From Mobula hypostoma (Eukaryota), in contig NC_086097.1 of NCBI RefSeq assembly GCF_963921235.1, forward strand, positions 200,758,001-200,822,000: a DNA stretch of 64,000 nucleotides, read 5' to 3'. Under the pieces are notes generated by a model. That model saw only the letters and a list, made by a program, of their open reading frames with translations. It ran no database searches and was not told the DNA's origin. Positions within the stretch are counted from its first letter, which is position 1. Every line of letters begins with the position of its first letter. This document shows, piece by piece, positions 51,804 to 64,000 of the stretch. The position numbers and the translations under genes were made by a program.

Positions 51804-52321
51804 ATCTATGGAGGAATTGTCTTATGAAGAGAGACTGAATAGACCAGGTCTATTATATTAGACCTGGTCCTTATATAATCCTTTACCCAATTCCTGCTAC
51901 ATTAGTTTAAACTCTCTAAATTAGCAAAAGCAAACCTCCCTGAAAGAACATTAGTCCTCAGTTTAAGTGAAAGCAAAATAGTACTGGTGAAGTTACCAAA
52001 AAAACGGAATTAATGACCATTTGCATCAACTGGGAACCTGCTTCTTGTTAAGTCAAGTAGAGAGAAACAGGACGATAGTGCTTTCAATTCTGTTATAATG
52101 ATAAAGTTATGATGAGAAGGGAAATTAACTTGGACTTTAAGTAACACCACAAATATCTCAATTTTAACAACTTTTCCCCCACTTGCCCCACAGTCATTAC
52201 ACTCTCTGAGTTTATTGACATTAACAGACAAATGAATGCAACTTCCATTATATCTGTTTCCAAAAAATATTGATGCACCCTTTTGAAGTGAAATATGAAG
52301 AACGATGCAGATTGTTATTAC

Positions 52322-52411
52322 CATTTGGATTCCATTGGTCTTCTCCTCCTAGTACAAACAGGAAGTTTTCCACTTCCACAACGCAGTGATGGGCACTGTT
52401 ATAAGGCATTA
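52322..52411 (-). CDS. KLHL14: KLHL14 coding exon (first in window; 90 nt)
   Basis: Minus strand reads tttcag|TA ATG CCT TAT...CCA AAT G|gtaata and translates to MPYNSAHHCVVEVENFLFVLGGEDQWNPN(G). This is a kelch repeat matching KLHL14 as I recall it. Phase 1/1. Confidence 0.95.
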
Positions 52412-52714
52412 CTGAAATAAAAGAACAAAAAGCAACTTTACTGAATGGTCAGGTTACAGGATCAGAATGGCTTCTTATCATTTTCTGTGATCAATTAGCT
52501 GAAGTTACTGGAGGCATTTCATTATGACATTGGTTTTCTAACAAAGGAAAATGGAAAATACATCAAATGTCTGTTTAATTCCTGGAAATTTACTACCCCA
52601 GTTTCACCATAAGAGGATATTTGAATATTTGAGAATCCTTTGTACTACTGAAAAGAAATAAAAAATAATTTTCAAAGGCTATAAAAGTATAGATCTCTCC
52701 CTCTGCAGAAGGAT

Positions 52715-53356
52715 TAATTCAAAATTCAAGATTGTTTGATACTTCCAATACACAAGTGTAAAGGAGAATTAAATACTTGTTACTTTGGATCAAATGCAGC
52801 ACTAAAAACACAATAGGATAAAGGACACAATAACTTTAAACACACAATAAATAAGAATAAATACCTAAGATAGCTTATATACATAGATTAGTTGTATGTC
52901 TATAAAGTGATGCTAGGCACAGGAGTGTCTGTACGTAAGGTGACTCTGAGAGGAAATGATAAAGTAAAGGTGGTGGAGGTGTGGAGGGGTGGATTAGTGG
53001 GTGGTGATGTTCATCAGCCTTACTATTTTGGCAAAATAACTGTTTTTGAGTCTGTTGGTCCAAGTATGGATGCTACCTAGCCTCCTCTCTGACGGGACTG
53101 GGACAAGCAGTCCACGAGCAGGATGGGTGGGATCCTTCATGGCATTAGTAGTTCTTTTCAGCACCTTTCTGTATCCATCTAGTACACTTTCCATACCACG
53201 CAGAGATGCAGCTTGTTAGGATGCTCTCTACCGCACACTGTTAAAATGACATGAGTATAGATGTGCATAATGCAGTTTTCTTCAGCCTCCTCAGAAAGCA
53301 GAGAAACTGTGAGCTTTCCTAATTCTGTAGGATGTGTTCTGAGACCATGAAAGGTT
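52715..53356 (-). mobile_element. Rex1/Babar 3' fragment split by a CR1 (continues at 54384-54680)
   Basis: KDPTHPARGLL...TNRLKNSYF; the continuation gives PRGCVVSP...FTDD...HKTKDMIIDF. Confidence 0.8.
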
Positions 53357-54383
53357 ATAGAAATATAGAAAACATACAGCACAATACAGGCCCTTCGGCC
53401 CACAAAGTGTGCCGAACATGTCCCTACCTTAGAAATTATTAGGGTTACCTACAGCCCTCTATTTTTCTAAGCTCCGTGTAACTATCAAAAAGTCTCTTAA
53501 AAGACCCTATTGTATTCGCCTCCACCACCATTGCTGGCAGCCCATTCCATGCATTCACCACTCTTTGCATAAAAAACTTACCCCTGACATCTCCTCTATA
53601 CCTACTCACAAGAACCTTAATCCTGTGCCCTCTTGTGGCAGCCATTTCAGCCCTGGGAAAAAGTCTCTGACTATCCACACGATCAATGCCTCTCATCATC
53701 TTATACATCTCTATTAGGTCATCTCTCATCCTCCGTTGCTCCAAGGAGAAAAGGCCAAGTTCACTCAACCAGTTTTCATAAGGCATGCTCCCCAATCTAG
53801 GCAACATCCTTGTAAATCTCCTCTGCACCCTTTCTATGGTTTCCACATCCTTTCTGTAGTGAGGCGACCAGAACTTAGCACAGTACTCCAAGTGGGGGCT
53901 GACCAGGGTCCTATATAGCTGCAACATTACCTCTTGGCTCCTAAATTCAATTCCATGATTGATGAAGGCCAATACACCGTATGCCTTCTTAACCACAGAG
54001 TCAACCTGCGCAGCTGCTTTGAGCATCCTATGGACTCGGTCCCCAAGATCCCTCTGATCCTCCACACTGCCAAGAGTCTTACCATTAATACTATATTCTG
54101 CCATCATATTTGACCTACCAAAATGAACCACTGCACACATATCTGGGTTGAACTCCATCTGTTACTTCTCAGCCCAGTTTTGCATCCTATCAATGTCCCG
54201 CTGTATCCTCTGACAGCTCTCCACACTATCCACAACACCCCCAACCTTTAAGTCATCAGCAAATGTACTAACCCATCACTCCACTTCCTCATCCAGGTCA
54301 TTTATAAAAATCACGAAGAGTAAGGATCCCAGAACAGATCCACCTCCATGCAGAATATGACTCGTCTGCAACCACTCTTTGCC
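53357..54383 (-). mobile_element. Relatively young 5'-truncated CR1 LINE
   Basis: 237-aa ORF 53445..54158 is a CR1 ORF2 C-terminus; FADD-encoding gtcatcagcaaa near 54255; tandem tail near 53360. Confidence 0.93.
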
Positions 54384-54679
54384 TTATGTGAGACATACAG
54401 TGCCAGAGGTATAAAACTGCTGCGCCATCAATGAAAAGCTGGGTGTGAAATCGATAATCATATCCTTCGTCTTGTGGACATTGTTCAAGAGGTTATTTGC
54501 CTGGCACCAGGCCTCAAGCTCTTTCAGCCCCTCTCTGTAGGATATCTCATCATTGCTGATGATGAGCCCCACCATTGTGATGTCATCAGTGAAAGTGACA
54601 ACGTGATTACTCGAGTGTTTGGCCATGCAGTCATATGTGGGCAGAGTGTGGAAGAATGGGCTCACCACACAACCCCTGG

Positions 54680-55580
54680 GCATAGGGGTCTGCGTTGGGA
54701 GCCTTGTTATTCATAATTTATATAAATGATTTCAATGCAAATGCACAAGGCCTGAACAGTATGTTTGTAGATGACATGAAATTAGGTGGTGATAGTGAAG
54801 AAAGTTATTGGAGATTACCAGACACCTTGATCAATTAGGATGTGGGCCAAGGAGTGGAAAATAGATTTCAATATGGATACGTGTCCAGTGCTGCATAGGC
54901 AAGTGTCTAGTATCCCGTACAACTTTACTGTGAATGTTAGGGCACTAGGGACTGTGATGGTGCAGAAGTGCAAGTGCATAGTTCATTAAAAGCAGCATCA
55001 CAGATAGACAAGCTGTTGACAAAGGCATTTAGTGCACTGGTCTTCATCAATCAGGGCAATAATTATAATAATTGGGCATTATGTTGCAGTTGTGTGAGCC
55101 ATTGTTGAGGTGGCACTTAGAATCCTGTGTAGAGTTTTGGTTTCCCTATTGTAGGAAAGATGTGGTTAAACTGAAAAGAGTGCAGCAAAGATCGACAAGG
55201 ATGGTACTGGTATTGTAAGAGTATACACAGCTGGAAAAGGAGAACAGACTGGATTTATGTTCTGTTGAGAAAAAGAATGGCCAAAGGCTAACTTCATCGA
55301 GGTCATTAAAATGGTATGAGGTTCTGATGGCACTGATACAGAGTAAATGATTCTTTTTGTGAGGAGAACAAAACTACGATTATTAAAATAAAAATGTAAC
55401 AAAGAAATCTATTAGAAATTCAGAAGAAATTTCTTTGCCAGAAGAGCAGTGAGAATGTGAAACTCTCTACCATAAAACAAATGCCACTAATGTATCTAAG
55501 GGAAGTGTATTGGGGGACAGTTTAGTCAATAAATTAAAATGAAGACTACAGTGAAGAAGTTTGAGTGGATCATGGATGGA
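54680..55580 (+). mobile_element. Old CR1 RT and 3' remnant
   Basis: Degenerate GSALG and FVDD motifs plus the 3' region. Confidence 0.65.
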
Positions 55581-56367
55581 GCAGATTGGCTGAATGACTT
55601 GTTGCTGTCCCATATTTGTTACATAATCTTATGGGTTTTCTCCTCCAGGAGAGAGATTTGCTATCCAATGAAGCAATATTGCAAGAAATGCCATGAGTTA
55701 GCAAGGCATGTCAAGTTGAGCTGTAGACTGGAAAAAATGTTATTTTGTCATAAAGACATACAAATCAAATGGTACAAATCCATATTCCCCATAAATCTCA
55801 CTTTTTTCAACACCAAGCCTCGTACTCTCACCTCACTTTTGATATTCAATGTCTTCCATTCCACACACAGAGGCTGTGAGACCACCAAGTGTAGGAAAAC
55901 AAATGAGTTGTTCAACATTCATCTCCACTACTTAGGACAAAATACCAAGTGAAAGGATGAAAGGTCCCTCCACTAGAACAGGAACGTCCTTCACCAGGCA
56001 ATGGACAGAGAGAACAAGAAGGAACAACTCTCCTTCTGAGCAAAAGGATCTTATTGGTTGTGATAACTGCAACCCCTTTGCTTTAAACAATGTTATACAC
56101 CTCCAATGCCATCAGTTTTAGATATAGCTTATATGTGACAAGAGTTCAGTGATAGCCCAAGTGCAGAGGGAGAGACAAGGACACAGAACAAACTGGTCAG
56201 AGTTTTAACAAAAACTGTTCAGAACAAAGGAAAAGAAGAAATTCTGGGCAACAGGGCTGCAAACTAAAAACCCTTAAACTAATGTCAGTGATGCTCAAAA
56301 GCAGTAGCCTAACCCTAAATAATACTGCACCCTTAACAGTGTCTATCTAAATCCCTAATCTTTAAAA

Positions 56368-56796
56368 TATGCTGCAGAAAATTGCAAATTCAGTCAGCTC
56401 CATCATGGGCATTAGCCTTCCCAGCATCAAGGATATCTTCAAGGAGCGATGTCTCAAAAAGGTGGCATCCATCATTAAGGACCCCCATCACCCAGGACAT
56501 GCCCTCTTCTCATTGCTAGGGAGGAGGTGTTGCGGCAGTCTGAAGGCACACACTCAATGATTCAAGAACAGCTTCCTCCCCTCCACCATCAGATTTCTGA
56601 ATGGACATTGAACCCATGAACACTACTTTACTATTTTATCTTTTTTTCACTTTTTGCACTACTTATTTAACATTTTAATATAGATATACTTACTAAAATT
56701 TATATTTTTTATTATGTATTGCAATGTACTGCTGCAGCATAACAACAGATTTCACAGCATATGCCAGTGATATTAAACCTGCTTCTGATTCTGAAT
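56368..56796 (+). mobile_element. Rex1/Babar 3' end
   Basis: RCLKKVASIIKDPHHPGHALF; tail aaacctgcttctgattctga. Confidence 0.85.
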
Positions 56797-58369
56797 GTGG
56801 ACTAAGGTAAGCAAGGAGCATTGTTGTCGCTGTGTTTTGAACAAGACTGAAACAAAAGGGAAAAGACGAAATATAATTACAAAGGAACACTAACTGGCTG
56901 TAATGTGTGTACTCTCATATACATGTTTACCGTCTTCTTTCAGCTGCCCACCTGTGAAAGCACCCAGTCTCTGTGGCCGTGGCCACAGTTGTGACAGATC
57001 CCCCTTCCCTACGCGCAGCCTATTGCTGTAAAGACTTGGCGACAATAATCTAGAACTAAATTAATACTGCTGCTTAAAGATTTATCTAAATCAATAATTT
57101 TCTTTCTTGAAACGTGGACTGATGTAAGCAAGGAGCATTGTCATCACTGTGCTTTGATCAAGACTTTACAAGATTGAAACAATTTGTGATTGTATTTCAC
57201 TCAGAGAGAGAGAGAGATACCCTAACTGCCTGGAATGTGTGCACTCTCCCATGTGTGATTGCTGTTTCCTTTCAGCTGCCTGCCTGGAGAGCACCCCGAC
57301 TCTGCGGCAGTGTCCGCAGTTGTAACAAAATGCAGTCCTGTTCTGCTTTGGTCTGTAGGTTGTGAGGAAAGGTCCTCTGTTTACCACTCACCAAAACCAA
57401 CAGCGGGAGGGCGATGCAGCTGATGGAGGAGCAGGAACGAAGAGGGATTGGAGGAGGAGGAGGTTGATATTGACAATTAAGATCACAATGGGCCAGTGCA
57501 CCTAACTGGAATACTTTCATGACAAAACTAATGCAAGAACATAACCTCATTTGTGCATTGTTGGCCATACCTGCCCAAAGGCATGGTGGCACTTTCTCTG
57601 AAATCTCACAAATGCTTTGGCAGAGCCAAGAGATCAAATACTGATAAATCATGGCTACCTCTTTACAAGGATTAGGTAATAATCCCCTTGCATAGCATCT
57701 ACTATTTCTGTTTGTGAAAACATGGACAGAGACCACTCAAGTGGTATAACTGTGCCTTCAGAGCAAAAGAGCAGCTTGGAGCTCTGAAGGCACAGTTATA
57801 CCACTTGCAAGCAGCTTAATGTCCTCAGGGAGCAGAGAGGTGCCAGCGATCAGCACAAGGACCCGGGGATGTCACCCACAAGAAACTCACTGTACTGTAA
57901 TACCACTCACATTTCCCCATGAGCTAGTCAGCAAATTGCTCTCTGTATGAGCACAAGTGATGCTGCAAGTGAACAGACCTAAACAGAAATATGGCACACC
58001 AAATTCCTCATTCTTGAGCAGAGAGAAGCTCCCTAATGCACACTCCTCTCCATGGTGATCAGTGTCCTGTTCAGCTTAAACCAAAAGCTGACTTTAGTTA
58101 GAGAAGAAAGGCACTAGGGCCAAGACTGCTATGACTGAAGGACAGTTTCTGTCTTAATTCAGCTCTGGAGATTGATTTGAGTGTGATATTTTCTGGGGGC
58201 CAGGATGTCAATGCACCTTTGTCATTGATATCCAGTCTCCAGAGGTGTGTGTAGGTTCGAGATATTGTTGGTCTTCTTCTCAGACACACCAAATCACCTT
58301 CTACTATGGCCTCCTAGGATGCTTTCTCACATATTGTCTACAAACAGTCACCTGGCCTGAAGTAGCAGT

Positions 58370-58990
58370 CAGAGCCATAAAACCACTGTAAACAAAACCA
58401 AGAGACAAACATTTTGCCCTTTGAACTATTTCCACCATTCAGCACAATCATGGCTGATCATCCACTTCAGTACCTGTCTACAGCTTCTCCCCCTTTCTCC
58501 TCAAATCACTTAATCCCTTCAGATTTAAGAAATATATCTACTTCATTCTTCAATATACTTAATGATTTAGCGACCAGTGTCTCCTGTGGTAGAGAATTCC
58601 GCAGGTTCAATATCTCCTGATCTAAGGGCATACCCCATGTCCTGTTGGGACATCTGGCTTTAGATTCTCCATTGGGACCATCCTCCTTTAATCAACCAAT
58701 GAGCACCTTCACTCACTCCTATACTTCAGTGCATGTACGCCTAACCTCAACAGTCTCTCCTCACGCATCAATCCAGCTATCCCAAGAACAAGTCCAATAA
58801 CTGTTCATTACATCTCCTCCATGGGAAGAACATCCTTCCTCAGAGAAGGAGACAAAAACTGTGCTCGAAATTCTACATGGGATCTCACCAAGGCATCCTT
58901 GCTTCTGTATACTCAATTCGCACAATTTGCCTTCTGAACTGTTTGATGCACCTGAATGCTTGCTTATGGTAATTTATGTACCCATGTAGA
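58370..58990 (-). mobile_element. Old CR1 3' fragment
   Basis: Antisense CR1 3' UTR (ccaccattcagcacaatcatggctgatc). Confidence 0.6.
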
Positions 58991-59884
58991 CAGAAATCAA
59001 CTCCCACTGTTCCCATATAAACAGCAAATAGTAAACATGCCTTCCTTGTGTCTTTTCTCCACTTTTGTACTTAGAAAAAATGAATAAATTATTTCTAATC
59101 TAAACTCACAATCAGAGTCCAGGTTGATTTTGTATTTTAAAATTCTCGATCTGGCAGCTTCTTTGAATGCCAGTGGGAAGTTACTTTGAAAATGTCACAT
59201 CATTGGAGTTATTCCAGACTTGCTGATCTCACACAGAAGCTATTATTATAATACTCATATTGTCATGTGATATGTGGAAATCAACTTAACGTATTGTAAT
59301 TCAGACTTTATGAATTCACCCTTTCTACTATTAACTAGGCTGCTGTCATGAGACCTACTCCTGATAATATAAGACAGGTGGTAGTAATGAGGCTTTGCAG
59401 TTACACATATCTGTTTTTCACCACCCCCCGAGCAAAGAAATCACAATATTTTGGAACCTCTAAAATAACCAAAGGCATCTTTGTAACAAGTTGGATCTTC
59501 AGAAAGAAAAAACTGCAAATAACTTGCAGTAAAATCAGAGCTAAGAAAGGCTATTGAATATATGTTGTCTCACTTCCTTGCCTTTTAGTATGATGATTTT
59601 CTGCAGCATTGGGCAGTGAACTATTCACAGATGCCTAGAACAAATGCCTGGCACAGCAATCAGCATTTTATTTCCTGCACTATTGACAAGTGTTAGAAGC
59701 ATTACTTGGTTGTGCAATTCCCCCATTCTGTGGCAGAAGGATGACTGGTTAGAAGGACAAAATGGTGCTGGTGGCATTTTGTGGCAGCTCACAAAACAGC
59801 CAGGTACTCTACTAGATATACTTCCTCTGAACTACAATCATTGTAATCCGCCACCTGTAATTTCCCATTAAGGAATGTACGTTT

Positions 59885-60170
59885 ATATTTATTTATTAAC
59901 ATACAGCACAGAGTTGTCCCTTCTGGCCCTTTGAGCCACGCTGCCCAGCGATCCCCCAACTTATCCCTAGCCTAACCACAGGACAATTTACAATGACCAA
60001 TTAATCTACCAACTGGTACGTCTTTGGAATGTGGAAGGAAACTGGAGCACCCAGAGGAAACCCACACGGTCAAGGGGAGAACATACAAACTTCTTAGAGG
60101 CAATGTTGGGATTTGAACCTGGATTACTGGTACTGTAAAGCTTTGTGCTAACCTCTACACCACTGTGCTG
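59885..60170 (-). mobile_element. tRNA-derived SINE (V-SINE/HE1-like)
   Basis: Minus-strand A box tggtgtagagg, B box ggttcaaatcc, core gggtttcctctgggtgctccagtttcc, A-rich tail. Confidence 0.82.
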
Positions 60171-60799
60171 CTTTTGAAGCATCTAAACAAACTACCAATT
60201 TTATGATCCCCTGAAGGATTTGGAGAACTTGACTCTTGAGCATGGAGGTACGACTATCAGCAGGGTGGCCATCGCTGGTGGCAGATGCTACATCGAGGCC
60301 CAAGAGTAGAAAATGAACCTGTGCTCAACTCAATTACTGTGTGCCGATTAAAGCGATGAGCCAGGTTAAAGCTGAGGCCTGAGAGTGGAAAATGAACCAA
60401 TGTTTGGTGACATTTGCTTGAGTTTCACGGTCTCCCTCCCTTCTCGCAACTACCATCAGGCGGGAGGCGCAGGAGTCTTGGGTCCCACTTCACTAGGTTG
60501 AGGAGCGTTGTTGCCCTGCAGCCATTGAGCTACACTCGTCTCAAATATGAACTGACTCTGCAGTTGTGGGTGCAATTTTGGGGTCTTTGCAGCTAATGTG
60601 CTCTGTATTATTTGTTTAGTTTTTTTTACTATTTGCAAAATTTGTCCTCTTTTGCACATTTAATGTTTGTCAGTCTTTGTTATGTGTGGTTTTTGTAGAT
60701 TGTATTGTGTTTCTTTGCTTTGTGGGTGTCTGTAAGAAGATGAATTTCAAGGTTATATATGGTATACATGCTTTGATAATAAATTTGAACTTTGGACTA

Positions 60800-61830
60800 C
60801 ACTTCAACACTTTCCTAATCTTCTGCTTTATCTCTCTTCTCCAGGATAGAAAAAGGTTGGAGTTCTCCGCCTCCCCCTTACCAACTGTCACATATCATGG
60901 ATCATACCACATTTTCTGTAATCTTCAACAAGATCACATCTTTTTTCCCCTCCCCATTCAGCAGTTCGAAGGGACCATTCGCTTTGGGATATCCCAGTCT
61001 TTTCTTCTGCCTTCAGCAATCACTCTCTTTCTTATGTCTTTGTCCTTTCCCATCACCAAGGGACCCAAATAGCTCTTCAAAGGGAAATAGCAATTCATTG
61101 GGTGAACAACTTCATCCAATATGTGATATTCACAAAGCAGTCTCCTGTACATTGGAGAAAGCAGCTAAGACTGGGTGTTGGCTTTGAGGAACACCTGAAC
61201 TAAATGCACAAGGATGTCCTCGACTTCCTGTTGCTGGTTACTTCAACTCCAACTTTATCTATATAATGTTCTCATGAGGCCCAGTGCTAGCTTGAAATGC
61301 AATGCCCACCCAAGCACATTGCAGTCTTTAGGAGCAAATATCAAATTCTACAAACTCAGATAATTTACTTTCATTGTCTGCATCAGAACTGGTGATATTG
61401 GTGATATTGACTCATTTTTTATCTCTCCATTGGTACAGCTTGACCTATCAAACATGTCCCATAGAGTGTACTTGACACATTTTACATTCCTTTTTCTGCA
61501 TTCTTCCTCTTAATAACTGCCATCATTTCATGGGTTTTATGTTCCTTTGTTCAGATTCTGTCTAAATGCCATATTAACCCATTGACTGGACGACATTTTT
61601 TGTGGCTTACTACCTCAGCAATTTTGGCTTCACCTTCTCAGAGCGATATCCTTCACCTTGTCCATCCCTCCCTCAGCATATCTTCCACTAAAAACCACTT
61701 GTTTTTTTTTCCTTTTCCCCAATTCTTTGACCAAATGTCTTTTTAATCACGAATTCTGTCTGGCTTGCTGATCGTCTCCAACATTTTCTGTTTTTATTTT
61801 TGAGTTCTCACATTTGCAGATTTTTCTTTT
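60800..61830 (+). mobile_element. Old Penelope-like remnant
   Basis: ctcctgtacattggagaa encodes LLYIGE (the YIG half of GIY-YIG) near 61142; degenerate family tail near 61740-61830. Confidence 0.6.
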
Positions 61831-62161
61831 CGATTATCATATAATTAACCTTTATTGTACCTTTGTAATTAGGTTGCAAGAGTATCAAACAGAGCAGCCA
61901 TCACCATCCATTTGATATGGTACAATATCTACTAAGGCAACCATTAAGAAAAATGTTCTGCAAAAGTGCTGTAATGTTTAAAGATAGACTCAGTTTTATA
62001 AAATATTTTCCACACAATTTGTTTTGACAAGGTTTTACAACAGCCAGTCTTTTTCATTTGATGAAGACTTTGGAAACACCTGGAAAAAAAATCTGTTCAT
62101 TAGCACTGCCTTTAATAAGATATGATGTTAATTTTCTGTTTCTATCTTTACTGACAAAAAC

Positions 62162-62920
62162 GGAATCTGAATCGGAATCAGGTTTAATATCAATGGCTTA
62201 TGTCATGAAATTTGTTGTTTTACAGCAGCAGTATATTACAATACATAATAAAAAATAAAAAAATTACAAAATATATATAAAATTAATTTAACGAAGTAGG
62301 GCAAAAAGAGAGCAAAAATAGTAAGGCAGAGTATATGGATTCATTGTCCATTCAGAAATCTGTTTGCAGAGGGGAAGAAGCTGTTGCTGAAACATTGGGT
62401 GTGTGCCTTCAGGCTTATGTACCTCCTCCTTGATGGGAGCAATGAGAAGAGGGAATATCCTGTATGATGAGATCCTTAATAATGGATGCCACCTTCTTGA
62501 GGCATCGGCTTTTGAAGGTGTTCTTGATGCTGGGGAAGCTAGTGCCCATGATGGAGCTGGTAGAGCACAGAAATTTCTGCAGCTTTTTTCCAGTTTTGTA
62601 CAGTGGCCCCTCTAGATAGTGATTCAACCAGTCAAAACCCTCTCCATGGTACATCTGTAGAAATTTGCGAGAGTCTTTGATGACATCTAAAATCTCCTCA
62701 AACTCCTGATGAAGTATAGCCGCTATAGTGCCTTCTTTGTAATTGCATCGATATGTTGGGCTCAGGATAGATCTTCAGAGATGTTGAAAACCAGGAACTT
62801 GAACCTGCTCACCCCTTCCACTCCTAATCTCTCAAAGAGGACTGGTTCATGTTGCTTCAACTTCCCCTTCCTGAAGTCCACAATCAATTCCCTGATGTTG
62901 AGAGCAAGGCTATTGTTGTG
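62162..62920 (-). mobile_element. Rex1/Babar 3' fragment
   Basis: RCLKKVASIIKDL; tail gaatctgaatcggaatcaggttt. Confidence 0.85.
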
Positions 62921-63019
62921 GTCTTTCATTTATTCTGTTGATTCTTTTTTGTATTTATTTTGAATGCCTGCAAGAAAATAAATCTCAGGGTTGTATATGG
63001 AGACATATATGTACTTCCA

Positions 63020-63534
63020 TTGTATCCTGGGTAATGGACTACCTGACTGGCATTCCACAATTTTTGTGGCTGCAGTTGTGTGTCAGACATGGCTATAAGC
63101 AGCACTGGGGCCCCACAGGGGACTTTATAGGCCCCCTTCCTGTATACCTCAGACTTTAGATACAACACTGTCATCTGCAGAATTTGTCTGATAACTCCAC
63201 AATAGATGGGTGTAAAAGGGTGGTTGGGAGGATGAATACAGGGCCCTGGTGGAGGGCTTTGTCGAACGGTGCAAACTGAATCATTTGCAGCTCAACATCA
63301 GTAAGACAAAGGATGGTGATGGACTTTAGGAAGACCAAGCCTACACTGTTCCCTCTTAGTATTGATGGTGAGGATGTGGATGTGGCGAGGACCTACAAGT
63401 ACCTGGGGATGCACCTGGATGACAGACTTGAGTGGAGCAGTAACACGGAGGCTGTGTACAAGAAGGGCCAGAGTCGCCTCTACTTCCTGAGGAGACAGAG
63501 GTCCTTTGGAGTATGTTGGCCTCTTCTTTACATA
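63020..63534 (+). mobile_element. Rex1/Babar RT fragment interrupted by an LTR
   Basis: MVMDFRK...YKYLGMHLDDRLEWSSNT...KKGQSRLYFLR. Confidence 0.85.
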
Positions 63535-64000
63535 CGTAACCCCCCAGGAAAGGCTTCACTGCTAACGTTAAGGTTTTTCTGTAGAAGCACTGCTAATGTA
63601 ATGATTTTTCTGTAGCAGCAGTGTTTGGATTATGACTAGAGATAACAGGGGCATTGGAATGTGTGCTATCCAATGAAAGGAGTGTTTTTTTCTTGTTGTG
63701 TGCCTGAGGACAAGGTAATGTGAGTCTTTTGTTCAGCGGAAAATGAAGCAAGAAAATGCCAGAAATGAGAGGTTGTAGACACCCGAAAGGAGTGGACTTG
63801 GAGTCGGGCCAGGAGTTGACGAAGCCCGGGGGAAATCGATGGAGGACCAATGGAAGGAAAACTGTGAGCTCCAACGTGCACATTAGAATGTTTCGTTAAA
63901 ATGGGCTGTTTTCTTTTTGTTTTTCTTCACTAACCCTTTAGTCAAATTAAGAATTATAAAGCTAAATCATTTAATTGCATATGGTGTACTGGCTGTTATT
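63535..64000. mobile_element. LTR of the same family as 36910-37479, cut by the window edge
   Basis: Begins cGTAAC and shares cactgctaatgtaatg, ttatgactagagataac, gtgagctccaacg and aagaattataaagct with the first copy. Confidence 0.85.

Noticed and set aside
53445..54158. 237-aa ORF as a host gene
   Set aside because: It is the C-terminus of CR1 ORF2 in a 5'-truncated copy.
51225..54383. Two similar CR1 3' ends as a segmental duplication or assembly error
   Set aside because: They have scattered differences, different truncation points and unrelated flanks, consistent with independent insertions of one subfamily.
57330..58330. Possible Harbinger transposase remnant or antisense gene (154-aa ORF 57272..57736)
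   Set aside because: No convincing DDE motifs or recognisable domain.
60100..60170. tRNA gene
   Set aside because: The A and B boxes belong to a SINE head; there is no cloverleaf and the SINE core follows directly.
52412..64000. Next upstream KLHL14 exon
   Set aside because: I found no matching frame with splice sites by eye. It probably lies beyond the window, though a missed exon cannot be fully excluded.

Overview
This is eukaryotic, vertebrate genomic DNA. The repeat content (CR1, Rex1/Babar, Penelope-like elements, tRNA-headed V-SINE/HE1-type SINEs) points to a cartilaginous fish, probably a ray; that assignment is an inference. The only host gene I can support is the 3' part of KLHL14 (kelch-like 14) on the minus strand. 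Six coding exons (52411-52322, 46378-46300, 40011-39821, 28592-28434, 14758-14601, 6482-6342; 818 nt) have canonical GT-AG sites and matching phases, and splice into one kelch-repeat frame ending ...PACVPYNK*. The BTB/BACK exons should lie beyond position 64000. The introns are filled with degraded transposable elements, which explain almost all other ORFs in the track. I found no prokaryotic-type system such as a CRISPR array or operon, and nothing I can claim is a wholly new biological system. The most notable observations are: minimal hammerhead-ribozyme motifs in Penelope-like repeats, one inside a perfect 39-bp inverted repeat with a target-site duplication; a Rex1/Babar LINE with an inverted 5' end; locally templated DNA at a CR1 5' junction; a hAT element with a 6-bp target-site duplication and nested ends; solo LTRs; and a perfect 27-bp hairpin. 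Family assignments come from recognising motifs by eye, without database searches. Boundaries of old elements are approximate.
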